Under the pieces are notes generated by a model. That model had not been told where the DNA came from. It made no database searches and saw nothing but the letters and a program-made list of their open reading frames with translations. Made by a program: the position numbers and the translations under genes. Of a stretch of 64,000 nucleotides of DNA, positions 10,051 to 19,667 are shown one piece after another. Positions within the stretch are counted from its first letter, which is position 1; every line of letters begins with the position of its first letter. The DNA comes from an uncultured SAR92 cluster bacterium (GTDB lineage: Bacteria > Pseudomonadota > Gammaproteobacteria > Pseudomonadales > Porticoccaceae): the NCBI GenBank assembly GCA_902527245.1, contig CABZOI010000006.1, positions 50,778-114,777 on the forward strand. Direction: 5' to 3'.

Positions 10051-10620
10051 TTAATCGCTCCAATAAGAAAAAAAATCATCTATCGCGGCTGGCTTCAGTT
10101 TTCTTTGTTTTTCTGGTCTCGATCCAACGTACAAAAATCCAATTATCTCCTCATTACTGTTAACTTTTAAGCCCTTCCTAACAATATCTGACGAAGCAAA
10201 ATCACCGGTGCGCCAAATAGAGCCAAAACCACTAGCATAAACACCTAATCCAATATTATGAATCACTCCCGCTGCTGCAATTTTTTGCTCCCACCTCGGT
10301 ACACGCTGATTTTCTTGAAATGACACAATTCCAACAATTATCAAAGGGGCGCGAAATGCTTTTTGTTTCGCAACATGACTTATTTCAGACTTCTCATCAA
10401 CACTAATATCCAGTTTATGTTCAGCAAAGAGCTCACCTAACTTATTTCGTTGCTCACCAGATATCAGAATAAATCTATAGGGCCGTAAACCCATATGATC
10501 GGGGGATCGGAGTGATGCAACTAGTATATCCTTCATTAATTTAGTATCAGGTGGGGGATCAAATAATCGCGAGAAAGATTGCCTATTACCCATTACTTTT
10601 ATAAATTCTTTACTCATCAT
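10051..10620 (-). CDS. Nitroreductase family protein
   Basis: SLRSPDHMGLRPYRF motif and the ~190-aa size typical of NAD(P)H nitroreductase-fold proteins. Confidence 0.7.
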   Translation of the reverse strand: MMSKEFIKVMGNRQSFSRLFDPPPDTKLMKDILVASLRSPDHMGLRPYRFILISGEQRNKLGELFAEHKLDISVDEKSEISHVAKQKAFRAPLIIVGIVSFQENQRVPRWEQKIAAAGVIHNIGLGVYASGFGSIWRTGDFASSDIVRKGLKVNSNEEIIGFLYVGSRPEKQRKLKPAAIDDFFSYWSD

Positions 10621-10719
10621 AAAACATGCTCTTAAGACGACAATTTTTTATTAAAATTTTCACACACTATTGTATTTGAATATCAAGTCTATGGGTGAGA
10701 ATATTAATATCTAACAAAA

Positions 10720-11073
10720 ATGAATGTTGTGCCACGTATTGTGAAAAAAAGTGACTTAACAAAATTTAAAACCAATTTACTTGATTTGAAACGCGAGATT
10801 TTAGAAATTGAAACTGCATCAAGCGGATCAAAAAAACCTGTTGCTCTTGATCAATCCTCAGTTGGAAGAGTGACAAGAATCGATGCCATTCAGCAGCAAC
10901 AAATGGCTGTGGAGTCGTCCCGACGAAGAACTGAAACTATGCTTAAAATTGAGGCTGCACTTCGTAGGATTCAATCTGATGAGTTTGGGATCTGCGTGAA
11001 ATGCGGTGACTATATTGCAACAGCAAGATTAGATATCGATCCTACTTTCGTAAAATGTGTTAATTGCTCCTAA
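10720..11073 (+). CDS. DksA/TraR family C4-type zinc-finger protein
   Basis: Coiled-coil N-terminal half plus C-terminal CVKCGDYI...N17...CVNC four-Cys finger. Confidence 0.75.
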   Translation: MNVVPRIVKKSDLTKFKTNLLDLKREILEIETASSGSKKPVALDQSSVGRVTRIDAIQQQQMAVESSRRRTETMLKIEAALRRIQSDEFGICVKCGDYIATARLDIDPTFVKCVNCS

Positions 11074-11174
11074 CGACTAAGATAACGCTTTCACATATAA
11101 TCGTCCTTAAATTATAATCAGAGCTCTCAAGACTCAACTAAAATAAACGAAATAACTCATAAGCAGGAAATCAT

Positions 11175-12674
11175 ATGACATCTCTAGTTGGACACCTAAT
11201 CAATGGGAAAATCGTAACTGATGCAGACAAAACACAAGATGTATTTAATCCATCTTCGGGTGAGGTTTCCAAACAAGTTGCCCTAGCAAATAGGGCTACT
11301 GTGAATGAAGCAATTGCCGCCGCCGAAAAAGCGTTTATCTCATGGAGAAACACTCCTGCGATGAAACGAGCTAGAGTCATGTTTAAATTCAAAGATTTAT
11401 TGGAGCAACACTCAACTAAAATCTGTGACTTGATAGGTCAAGAGCATGGGAAGATAGCTCATGATGCGGCAGGCGAACTTCAGAGAGGTATAGAAAATGT
11501 GGAATATGCTTGTTGCGCACCCGAGTTGTTGAAAGGAGAGCACAGTAAAAATGTTGCTCCAGGTATTGATTCTTGGAGTGAGATGCAACCATTAGGTGTA
11601 GTTGCTGGAATAACTCCTTTTAACTTTCCTGCCATGGTACCCCTTTGGATGTATCCAATGGCAATAGTTTGTGGAAATTGCTTTGTACTTAAACCATCTG
11701 AGCGTGATCCAAGCTCAACCCTTTTTATTGCTCAACTACTCAAAGAGGCAGGACTCCCCGATGGCGTCATGAACGTAGTTAATGGTGATAAAGAAGCCGT
11801 TGATGCACTCCTTTTCGATGATCGAGTGAAAGCTGTAAGTTTTGTTGGATCAACCCCTATTGCAGAGTATATATATTCGACATCCACTAAAAATGGAAAA
11901 AGGTGCCAAGCGTTGGGCGGTGCAAAAAATCACGCGATCGTAATGCCTGATGCCGATGTTGAAAATGCAGTTGCACAACTTCTAGGTGCTGCCTTTGGTT
12001 CCTCAGGAGAAAGGTGTATGGCTCTTTCTGTTGCAGTAGCTGTTGGTGATGAGGTTGCTGATCTGCTTGTTCAGAAATTATCAAAATCAATGAAAAATCT
12101 TAAATTCGGCGCATACACTGATTCGACTAATGATTTTGGCCCTGTCATAACAAAACAGCATCAGCAGAGTGTCATAAACCACATATCAAGTGCAGAAAAA
12201 CAAGGCGCTAATATTGTAGTCGATGGCAGAGATGCGATAGTCAGTGGTTATGAAAATGGTTTCTATGTGGGTGGAACCTTGATTGACAAAGTTACTCCAC
12301 AAATGGATAGCTATAAAGCAGAAATTTTCGGTCCAGTGCTTCAAATAGTGAGAGTTGCGACAATGAAAGATGCAATGAGCTTAATTGATAATCATGAGTA
12401 TGGGAATGGCACTTGCATATTTACTCGTGATGGAGAAGCAGCGAGATATTTCTCAGATCATATAAAAGTTGGCATGGTTGGAGTAAACATACCCCTGCCA
12501 GTTCCAGTTGCCTATCATAGCTTTGGCGGTTGGAAAAGATCTTTGTTTGGAGATCTGCACGCCTACGGTCCAGACAGTATTAGATTTTATACCAAAAGAA
12601 AAACAATTACTCAGCGATGGCCGTCAACTGGAGTCCGGGAGGGTGTTCAGTTTTCAATGCCAACTTTAAGTTAA
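11175..12674 (+). CDS. mmsA: CoA-acylating methylmalonate-semialdehyde dehydrogenase
   Basis: Aldehyde dehydrogenase fold with FGSSGERCMA catalytic Cys context and the C-terminal ...GWKRSLFGD...YTKRKTIT.RW tail characteristic of MMSDH. AGGAAATCAT ahead of the ATG. Confidence 0.85.
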   Translation: MTSLVGHLINGKIVTDADKTQDVFNPSSGEVSKQVALANRATVNEAIAAAEKAFISWRNTPAMKRARVMFKFKDLLEQHSTKICDLIGQEHGKIAHDAAGELQRGIENVEYACCAPELLKGEHSKNVAPGIDSWSEMQPLGVVAGITPFNFPAMVPLWMYPMAIVCGNCFVLKPSERDPSSTLFIAQLLKEAGLPDGVMNVVNGDKEAVDALLFDDRVKAVSFVGSTPIAEYIYSTSTKNGKRCQALGGAKNHAIVMPDADVENAVAQLLGAAFGSSGERCMALSVAVAVGDEVADLLVQKLSKSMKNLKFGAYTDSTNDFGPVITKQHQQSVINHISSAEKQGANIVVDGRDAIVSGYENGFYVGGTLIDKVTPQMDSYKAEIFGPVLQIVRVATMKDAMSLIDNHEYGNGTCIFTRDGEAARYFSDHIKVGMVGVNIPLPVPVAYHSFGGWKRSLFGDLHAYGPDSIRFYTKRKTITQRWPSTGVREGVQFSMPTLS

Positions 12675-12703
12675 CATTTTCATTGAAACAATAAGATAAC
12701 TAT

Positions 12704-14722
12704 TTATATTGGATACCTAAGTAATACATCACCAAGCGCTTCTTTTAGAGGGCCTAAGTGAGCTTCGAATCCTCTCCACTGATCCATACCACTCTTATAA
12801 ATGGGCTGTCGAACTTGCTCAGAGCTCGGCGTTCTGACAGAACGATCAGACTTGTAAAATTCAATACAACTTTGCTCAAATTCTAATCCACAAAAATCAA
12901 GGAGACGTTTTACCATAGGTTCAAAATTTGTTACCAGTTCTTCGTATTGAATCCGGTGAACCTTGCCCGGAAATACTTGTTCCCAATGATCCATTAACTC
13001 CACATAGTCTTTATAGTAAGTTCCAATCTCTCTGAGTCCGTAAGTAAACTCCTGACCTTCTGCGAACAATTGCTTGAAGCCACTGAAACAACAGGCCATG
13101 GGATGACGTCTTGCATCTATAATTTTGGCATTTGGAAGAATCATATGTATGAGGCCAATATGCCTGAAGTTATTCGGCATTTTGTCAATAAAAAATGGCG
13201 CTTTCCCCCTATGTATCCTAGTTTCTTTGATGTATGTTTCCCCAAATTCACGGAGTGTTTTTGACGATAGTTTTGTTATAACCTCAGGATAATGATTTTT
13301 TGAGCTCAGTCTTTCTCCTCTCCTTAGTTTCTGTGCAAGTGAGAGAATATTTGGCAATTCCATAGTACCATCGACTTGACTGTGAGATGCAAGAATCTGC
13401 TCCAGTAGAGTTGAACCCGCTCTTGGCAAGCCAACGATAAATATTGGATCGGCTGCGAGAAAACCATTATCAGAGTTTTTTTCCACAAAATCGTGTGTAA
13501 AAACTTTTTTTTGTGCCTGAAATTCTTTTGTTAAATCATCAGAAACATATCTACTCTGAATCCGTTTATTTTTGTTGCCACGCTCATAATAGCTAAATGC
13601 TTTATCAAATAAATTTTTGTCCTCGTATGCTTTACCCAAAGCAAAATTGAGATATATTTTACTCATATGTCCAACTCGATCACTCTCCTCCTGATCTTCC
13701 ATTAAGGCAATATCTTCATCAGAAAATTTAAACAATTTTAAATTCGACAGAGAGAAATATGCCTCGCCATGACCTGGATATTTTTTTATTGCTCTTCTGT
13801 ATGAGTCAATAGCTTTTTCTCTCTCTCCACAAGTTTTTAGAAGATGTCCCCGAGAGGTTAAAGTCACTGGATCTTCAGGAATTTTCTCTAAAATCTTGTC
13901 AAAAACACTGAGAGCATTTTCAAAATCTCCTGACTGCATTGCTTCGATTGCAAAAACTGACTGAAACTGAGGATTTTCTTTATCCATTTCTAAAAGTACT
14001 TTTGCTTGATGAAGAGCGCCAGCGTAATTTTGTCGCTTCCGCAGCACTTGGATATACTCAATTCTGATTCTCGAATTGTTCGGAGAGAACTCAAGAGCAC
14101 TCTCCAGTAAAAATTCGGCATCATCTAATACTCCTAGTTTAAGGGCAATTTGAGAGAGCAATCTCATACCTTCAACATTTCTAGGATTTTTTTGCAAAAA
14201 TAATTTGCATATTTGCTCGGCTTTAACGAGCTTCCCTTGTGCAAGCAAATCGATCACTGCAATCAGAGGTTTTGGAAGACTTTGAATATAATCAAGTTGT
14301 GCTTTTAACGGTTTTATCTGTTGAGCTTGGCCACCTTGACCAAGAATTTTTATTTGAGCGTTTAAAGATGCTGTAAGAGCTGAATTTAAATGAGTAGCTC
14401 TGTGGTAAGCCTCTAGTGCCCGATTATTGTCACCCATAGCCCTGTAAGTATGGCCCATCTCTTGGAGGGCCCTACTGTGCTCTGGATTTAATGCAAAGAG
14501 TGAATTTAGTGACTCGATCGCTTTAGGATAATTTTTATTGTATCGATAAGAAACACTTAGTAGATAAAGTAGTTCAATATTATTCGAGTTAGATGTTAAT
14601 TCGAGTAACAATTTTGAAATCGCAGAAGAAAAATCGCCCGCAGTGATCAGTTTTTTGACATCTTTAAGAAAAATATCGTCAGATTTTGTTTGAATGTCTT
14701 CTTTATCCACGATCTCTACCAA
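12704..14722 (-). CDS. TPR-repeat protein fused to a PAPS-type sulfotransferase domain
   Basis: The N-terminal ~420 aa are TPR-like helical repeats. The C-terminal domain has the 5'-PSB loop IVGLPRAGSTLLEQIL and an ARRHP...S 3'-PB-like motif. There is no signal peptide and no in-frame ATG near the 5' end, so the start is TTG 14722 or GTG 14710. Confidence 0.75.
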   Translation of the reverse strand: MVEIVDKEDIQTKSDDIFLKDVKKLITAGDFSSAISKLLLELTSNSNNIELLYLLSVSYRYNKNYPKAIESLNSLFALNPEHSRALQEMGHTYRAMGDNNRALEAYHRATHLNSALTASLNAQIKILGQGGQAQQIKPLKAQLDYIQSLPKPLIAVIDLLAQGKLVKAEQICKLFLQKNPRNVEGMRLLSQIALKLGVLDDAEFLLESALEFSPNNSRIRIEYIQVLRKRQNYAGALHQAKVLLEMDKENPQFQSVFAIEAMQSGDFENALSVFDKILEKIPEDPVTLTSRGHLLKTCGEREKAIDSYRRAIKKYPGHGEAYFSLSNLKLFKFSDEDIALMEDQEESDRVGHMSKIYLNFALGKAYEDKNLFDKAFSYYERGNKNKRIQSRYVSDDLTKEFQAQKKVFTHDFVEKNSDNGFLAADPIFIVGLPRAGSTLLEQILASHSQVDGTMELPNILSLAQKLRRGERLSSKNHYPEVITKLSSKTLREFGETYIKETRIHRGKAPFFIDKMPNNFRHIGLIHMILPNAKIIDARRHPMACCFSGFKQLFAEGQEFTYGLREIGTYYKDYVELMDHWEQVFPGKVHRIQYEELVTNFEPMVKRLLDFCGLEFEQSCIEFYKSDRSVRTPSSEQVRQPIYKSGMDQWRGFEAHLGPLKEALGDVLLRYPI

Positions 14723-14753
14723 AAAAAATAATGCCCCTAAAAAGGGGCATTAT
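14721..14753 (-). terminator. Rho-independent terminator/attenuator between the TBDR and the sulfotransferase
   Basis: Perfect 11-bp stem (14728-14738 / 14743-14753, ATAATGCCCCT / AGGGGCATTAT) with a 4-nt loop. On the minus strand it is followed by T7, and it lies 25 nt after the TBDR stop. Confidence 0.75.
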
Positions 14754-14778
14754 TGATATTACAACTACTTTGATAAAT

Positions 14779-17361
14779 TTAGAAGTTATATGTCATACGA
14801 ACACCCATGGTTCTCGGTGCTGCGTACGAAACCCTTGATCTATCATAAGTATAACCTCTGGACAACTCAGCCCGCTCATCGGTCAGATTATCAATGAAGA
14901 GTTCAGCTCCCCAAGTATCAGTAGTGACACCTGCTGTTAGACCTAGCATAGTCCAGCTGTCGATACGATCTCGGTTTATTCTGATAATGTCCGAGTAAGA
15001 TTCTCCTGAATGTGCCATATGAGGCATGAAGTGAGCCGTCATCCCATTTGATGTCTCCCACTCCCATCTCGCTTGAATGTTCGCTTGAAGCTCTGGTGCA
15101 AACGCTAGTGAATCGCCCTTCACAACATCACCAGAGGGTGTCAATGTATCAGTGATTTCTGAGTCTAACATTGACATACTCGCACTGATTGTCAAACCAT
15201 CCACTGCTGCAGGCACGTAAATCATGTCTGCTTCAATGCCACTAACCTCTGCATTTGCTGCGTTGTCTGAGAAGAAAAGATTTGCAATACTTGGATCAAA
15301 AATTGTGGTTTGTAAACCATCAATTTCAGCGAAGAAAACGCTACCATTTAATCGCATACGCCCATCCATCAGATCAGTCTTCCAACCAATCTCAGCATTT
15401 GTCATTTCATCTGTTTCAAATCCGTATGGAACTGTGTATGAACCGTCAGCAGTGCTTCTACCACCAGGTCGATTCAAGAATCCAGATCTGTAACCTTCAG
15501 ATATTGTTCCGTACACAAGCACATCAGCAGATGGAGTATATGAAAGCGTCAGCTTCGTTATTACGCCATCATCTTCTGCCTTGTCAGGAATACCTGAGAC
15601 AGGATTACCTTGATAAACACCATCGCCATCATACAAATCAGCGATATTAGTACCAAAAACCTGCGCATCGACGCATGCAGGATTCATCGAACCACAGAAA
15701 TTGTAGAAGGATCCACCTGCACTGCCATCAAAATCTACTGCGATATCATAATATCTAGCACCGAGAGTTACCGCTAACTCATCACTCAAGTCATATGTTA
15801 ACTCTCCAAATACACCAAGTTGCTCGTCTGTGCGTTTAATATCATTTCTGAATATTTCTCCTGGCGCATATGGGTCATTTGCATAGAGATATCCATCGCT
15901 ATATGAGTAGTTAGGATATGCAAATCCTGGACCTGTTCCTTCTCCACCCCACCCTTGAGCCATCGTACTTCCTGGATAAGTGAAACTTACTCTCTCAGTG
16001 ACATAGGAATCGCTGTAAAATACACCCGCTGTGTATCTCATTGAATTATCAGGATCAGAGGAGACTCGAATCTCATGCGTTGTAACCTCTGCTTCCGAAT
16101 GACTTGGAGCATACAAGTTTGGCGCATAACATGTGCCAGTCTGATCGCCATAGGTTACTGAGTAATCACAGATGTAATATGGCAAATACTGCCCTACAAA
16201 CAAGTAATCAGTATAACCAATTACTTGATCAGTAGTTCGCTCTGTGAACGCCCCGGTGTAGACAACATCTAGACCCGCCATTCGACCTGTGAAGGTCCAG
16301 CTCGTGTTTTCGATATCGTCTTCTATCATTTCATCAGTGTATCTCTGGATTTCTAAATCCCCTAAATCTGGATCTGCGAAAAATACTCCATCAGATTCAA
16401 TTTCTTGACGCGTATGGCTTAACAAAACATCCCAGTCATCGGTAAGATTTATCAACGCACTTAACCTTGCCCCAGTGTAAGTCAGATCATTAATATCATT
16501 TTCAACTAGATCACTATTGTCTGCAGCCAGGAACGTTACGTTAGGTAACTCAACATATCCATCACCATCAGAATCAGTATATCCCGCCCCAGCTTGGAAG
16601 CCTGTTCGTCGAGCACTTACCGGAACACCATTACTTCTCATAGCACCTTCCACTCTGAAACGTGCACTCTGCTCTGCAGTTAGCGTCCCGTGAACATTGT
16701 CTATATATCCACCTTTATTATCATTGTAAAAAACTCCACGCAATGTCACATTGTCACTGACTGGGAGGTTATACATTGCCTCAAAATTGTTGTTAGTTTC
16801 CCCCTCATTAATTGTTGAGGCACCTACTTTTAATCGACCATAAACACCGGAGGGATCAGGTTTGTTGGTTATAAGACGAACGGTGCCCGCCTGAGATCCT
16901 GAACCAAATAATGTCCCTTGAGGACCTGCAAGCACTTCAACACGTTGCATGTCTGCAGCATAGATGTCGAGGTTTCTTCCAGGTTGGGCCAATGGCTGCT
17001 CATCGAGATAAAAGGCAACATTCGGCGCCAGACCTGACACGCCGGCTACAGACGTAGCTGGTGTAGTTGATGCCACACCACGAATATAGATTGTGTTTTG
17101 TCCAGGCCCTAGCCCTCCTGCAGTTACACCAGGCAGTTGAACTAAATAATCTTGAAAATTGGATACACCCATTTGATCCATTTTTTCAGCCGTTACTGCG
17201 CTTACTGCAACTGGTATATCTTGAGTACTCGCTGCAGACTTGGTAGCGGTTACGATAACTTCTTCTATCGCTTGTGACGAGGCTATGCTCGCGCCAGAAG
17301 CAGCAATACCCGCTGCAATTACAGACGCAACAGCATGATTTACTTTCTTTTTCTGAAACAT
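14779..17361 (-). CDS. TonB-dependent receptor
   Basis: Signal peptide, plug-region motifs (EEVIVTATK...DIPVAVSAV) and C-terminal ...GVRMTYNF. I prefer the ATG at 17361, preceded by AGGGGGAA, over 17382. Confidence 0.9.
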   Translation of the reverse strand: MFQKKKVNHAVASVIAAGIAASGASIASSQAIEEVIVTATKSAASTQDIPVAVSAVTAEKMDQMGVSNFQDYLVQLPGVTAGGLGPGQNTIYIRGVASTTPATSVAGVSGLAPNVAFYLDEQPLAQPGRNLDIYAADMQRVEVLAGPQGTLFGSGSQAGTVRLITNKPDPSGVYGRLKVGASTINEGETNNNFEAMYNLPVSDNVTLRGVFYNDNKGGYIDNVHGTLTAEQSARFRVEGAMRSNGVPVSARRTGFQAGAGYTDSDGDGYVELPNVTFLAADNSDLVENDINDLTYTGARLSALINLTDDWDVLLSHTRQEIESDGVFFADPDLGDLEIQRYTDEMIEDDIENTSWTFTGRMAGLDVVYTGAFTERTTDQVIGYTDYLFVGQYLPYYICDYSVTYGDQTGTCYAPNLYAPSHSEAEVTTHEIRVSSDPDNSMRYTAGVFYSDSYVTERVSFTYPGSTMAQGWGGEGTGPGFAYPNYSYSDGYLYANDPYAPGEIFRNDIKRTDEQLGVFGELTYDLSDELAVTLGARYYDIAVDFDGSAGGSFYNFCGSMNPACVDAQVFGTNIADLYDGDGVYQGNPVSGIPDKAEDDGVITKLTLSYTPSADVLVYGTISEGYRSGFLNRPGGRSTADGSYTVPYGFETDEMTNAEIGWKTDLMDGRMRLNGSVFFAEIDGLQTTIFDPSIANLFFSDNAANAEVSGIEADMIYVPAAVDGLTISASMSMLDSEITDTLTPSGDVVKGDSLAFAPELQANIQARWEWETSNGMTAHFMPHMAHSGESYSDIIRINRDRIDSWTMLGLTAGVTTDTWGAELFIDNLTDERAELSRGYTYDRSRVSYAAPRTMGVRMTYNF

Positions 17362-17487
17362 ATGTTTCCCCCTAAATAACATTCGGATTTTTTTATTTTT
17401 CTATTTCTACTCAACTACTATACCATTATATTACGATGTTTCCAGTCGCCCTTTTTCTCAATGGAGGCCTCTAATCGCAAGATTTGG

Positions 17488-18327
17488 TCAAATTAACGAA
17501 ATCCTCTCCGATTCAATTTTTATTAATCTCTTTTTGTAAAGCCTCCCTATGGCTTGCTTATATTGCTTTTTTGAGACACTAAACTTTTTATAAATTTCCT
17601 CAGGACTCGTCTTGTCAGTTATATTTAAAGTTCCACCTGATACATTGATTGCATTAAGAATATTTTTGTCTAATTCATGATGAGATTCAGTATTAGCTTT
17701 TTTCGAGATAAGCAAATCTATCTTCTTATCTTCTCGGATATTCTTTATAAATCCAGTCAGTTTTTCACCAAAAGAAAGTGATCGATATGCATCTTGCTTA
17801 AAAATTAATCCAATAAATTTATCATCGATTACTGCTTTGTAACCCAGATCAGTTTTTTCCCAGATCTGCAAACTGACTTGCTGTCCAGATTCAAGTTCAT
17901 CCGACTCTTCCATCAAGTGTCTATTTAATTTTGTGGATCCAAGAAGTCGGCCTGTTTTTTTATCCAAATATATGTATGCGAGACAATGGGAATCTTTCCG
18001 CAACCTCTTTCTCTGTTGATTTATCGGAACAAAGAGATCCTTAGGCAAACCAATATCCAAAAATGCGCCATGTTCACTTATTTTGACGACTTCCAAGAGA
18101 GCACATTGATTAGCTTCAGCTTTTGATTTATCAATAGTTACAGCTACTTCATTGTCGGTCACTTTGTATAGAAATACTTGGATAAGACTATTTTTTTGAG
18201 TCCTTTCAAAAAAATCAATATCTTTTATTTTCAACCAAAGGTCACCATACTGTTCTCCATCGAGAACAAAATGATTTTTCGATTTACTAATAATTTTTAG
18301 TTTATTGATCTTGCCGAGCTCTGCCAT
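17488..18327 (-). CDS. S1 RNA-binding-domain protein, CvfB/YitL-like
   Basis: Several S1/OB-like segments (GEKLTGFIKNIREDKKIDL) followed by a basic winged-helix-like C-terminus (KKQYKQAIGRLYKKRLI). Confidence 0.55.
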   Translation of the reverse strand: MAELGKINKLKIISKSKNHFVLDGEQYGDLWLKIKDIDFFERTQKNSLIQVFLYKVTDNEVAVTIDKSKAEANQCALLEVVKISEHGAFLDIGLPKDLFVPINQQRKRLRKDSHCLAYIYLDKKTGRLLGSTKLNRHLMEESDELESGQQVSLQIWEKTDLGYKAVIDDKFIGLIFKQDAYRSLSFGEKLTGFIKNIREDKKIDLLISKKANTESHHELDKNILNAINVSGGTLNITDKTSPEEIYKKFSVSKKQYKQAIGRLYKKRLIKIESERISLI

Positions 18328-18461
18328 GTCAACTCCGTTCTCTATTACAATTATAATGCGATAAAGTACTAAAACTACGATAAACTAAGCATTGTTCAAA
18401 AGAAGCGATAAGATGTGGTCCTATCTAGCACTATTTTGCAAAATTTTTCATACAGTTATAA

Positions 18462-19661
18462 ATGAAACACATATTTTCTAAAACTTTTTATAATGTTTGG
18501 ATCCTCTTTGTGGTCGGAAGCTTTTCCGCTTCGGTATTACCTTTGATGCACACGATAAGCTCCTTAGCTGCAAATAATATTATCCAATCAGTGTCATACG
18601 CTACATTCCCAATTTCACTCATGATTATAGGCACAGCGATAAGTGTTGTTTTTGCAACATTCTCAATGAAACATCTTGGCAGAAAGAGAGGCCTAATGTT
18701 CTTGTTGAGCACTGGTCTTTGTGCCTGTTTGCTTGCAGCTTATGCATTAGATATTGAGAATTTTTATTTATTTAGCCTCGCTGCTTTTTTGTTAGGTGCG
18801 CTGAATGCAACTATCCACCAGATGCGTTTTGTCGCACTTGAAGCTGTAAAAGAAATTAATCACGCTACCGCAGCAGCCATATTCATGAGTAGTGGTATCG
18901 TCGCGGCTTTCTTGGGTCCTGAAATTGGTTTCATGGGCAAGGACATTTTTGAAGTTGAGTTTAAGGGATCCTTCATACTCGCGGCCATTATAGTGGCAAT
19001 ATCAATGATATCACTATGTTTGTTCAATGAATTAAAAAAAGAAATTAAAAATATAAAGAAGACAAAGACATCGACTAGCAAATTGTTATCAAATCCAATT
19101 TTTGTGCTCGCCCTCGCGAGTGGTTCAACTTCATATCTTGTGATGTCATTTATAATGGTTGGAACACCTCTGAGCATGCATGAGATTCATGGCCATTCAT
19201 TGGAGAGCACCAAATGGGTTATTCAAAGTCACATTGCAGCGATGTTTTTGCCCACATTTATCACACCATTTTTAACAAAACTATTTGGTTTTAGAAAATT
19301 AATAAACCTAGGTTTAATGCTATTTACCTTGGCGTCGCTCATTGGGTTTTATGGGAGCTCTGTATCAAGCTTTTGGTTTCAGCTTGTATTATTAGGGGTT
19401 GGCTGGAATTTTTTATTTTTTTCAGCAACGACTATTCTTCCTCAAACATACGCACCAAAGCATAAATTTAAGGCTCAAACTTTGAATGATACGATTGTGC
19501 TCAGTTTTCAAGCGCTAGCCGCTTTATCAGCTGGATTTGCGTTACATTTTCTAGGATGGGACATGATGATCATTTTCTGTGCAATACCGATTCTTGCGAT
19601 GCTTATGATGTTAATATGGGAGAGAAAATCAGTCTCTAACTCTAGATCCGAAAGAGTATAA
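18462..19661 (+). CDS. MFS transporter
   Basis: 399 aa, about 12 hydrophobic spans, GRKRG loop between TM2 and TM3. Confidence 0.75.
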   Translation: MKHIFSKTFYNVWILFVVGSFSASVLPLMHTISSLAANNIIQSVSYATFPISLMIIGTAISVVFATFSMKHLGRKRGLMFLLSTGLCACLLAAYALDIENFYLFSLAAFLLGALNATIHQMRFVALEAVKEINHATAAAIFMSSGIVAAFLGPEIGFMGKDIFEVEFKGSFILAAIIVAISMISLCLFNELKKEIKNIKKTKTSTSKLLSNPIFVLALASGSTSYLVMSFIMVGTPLSMHEIHGHSLESTKWVIQSHIAAMFLPTFITPFLTKLFGFRKLINLGLMLFTLASLIGFYGSSVSSFWFQLVLLGVGWNFLFFSATTILPQTYAPKHKFKAQTLNDTIVLSFQALAALSAGFALHFLGWDMMIIFCAIPILAMLMMLIWERKSVSNSRSERV

Positions 19662-19667
19662 AAATAA

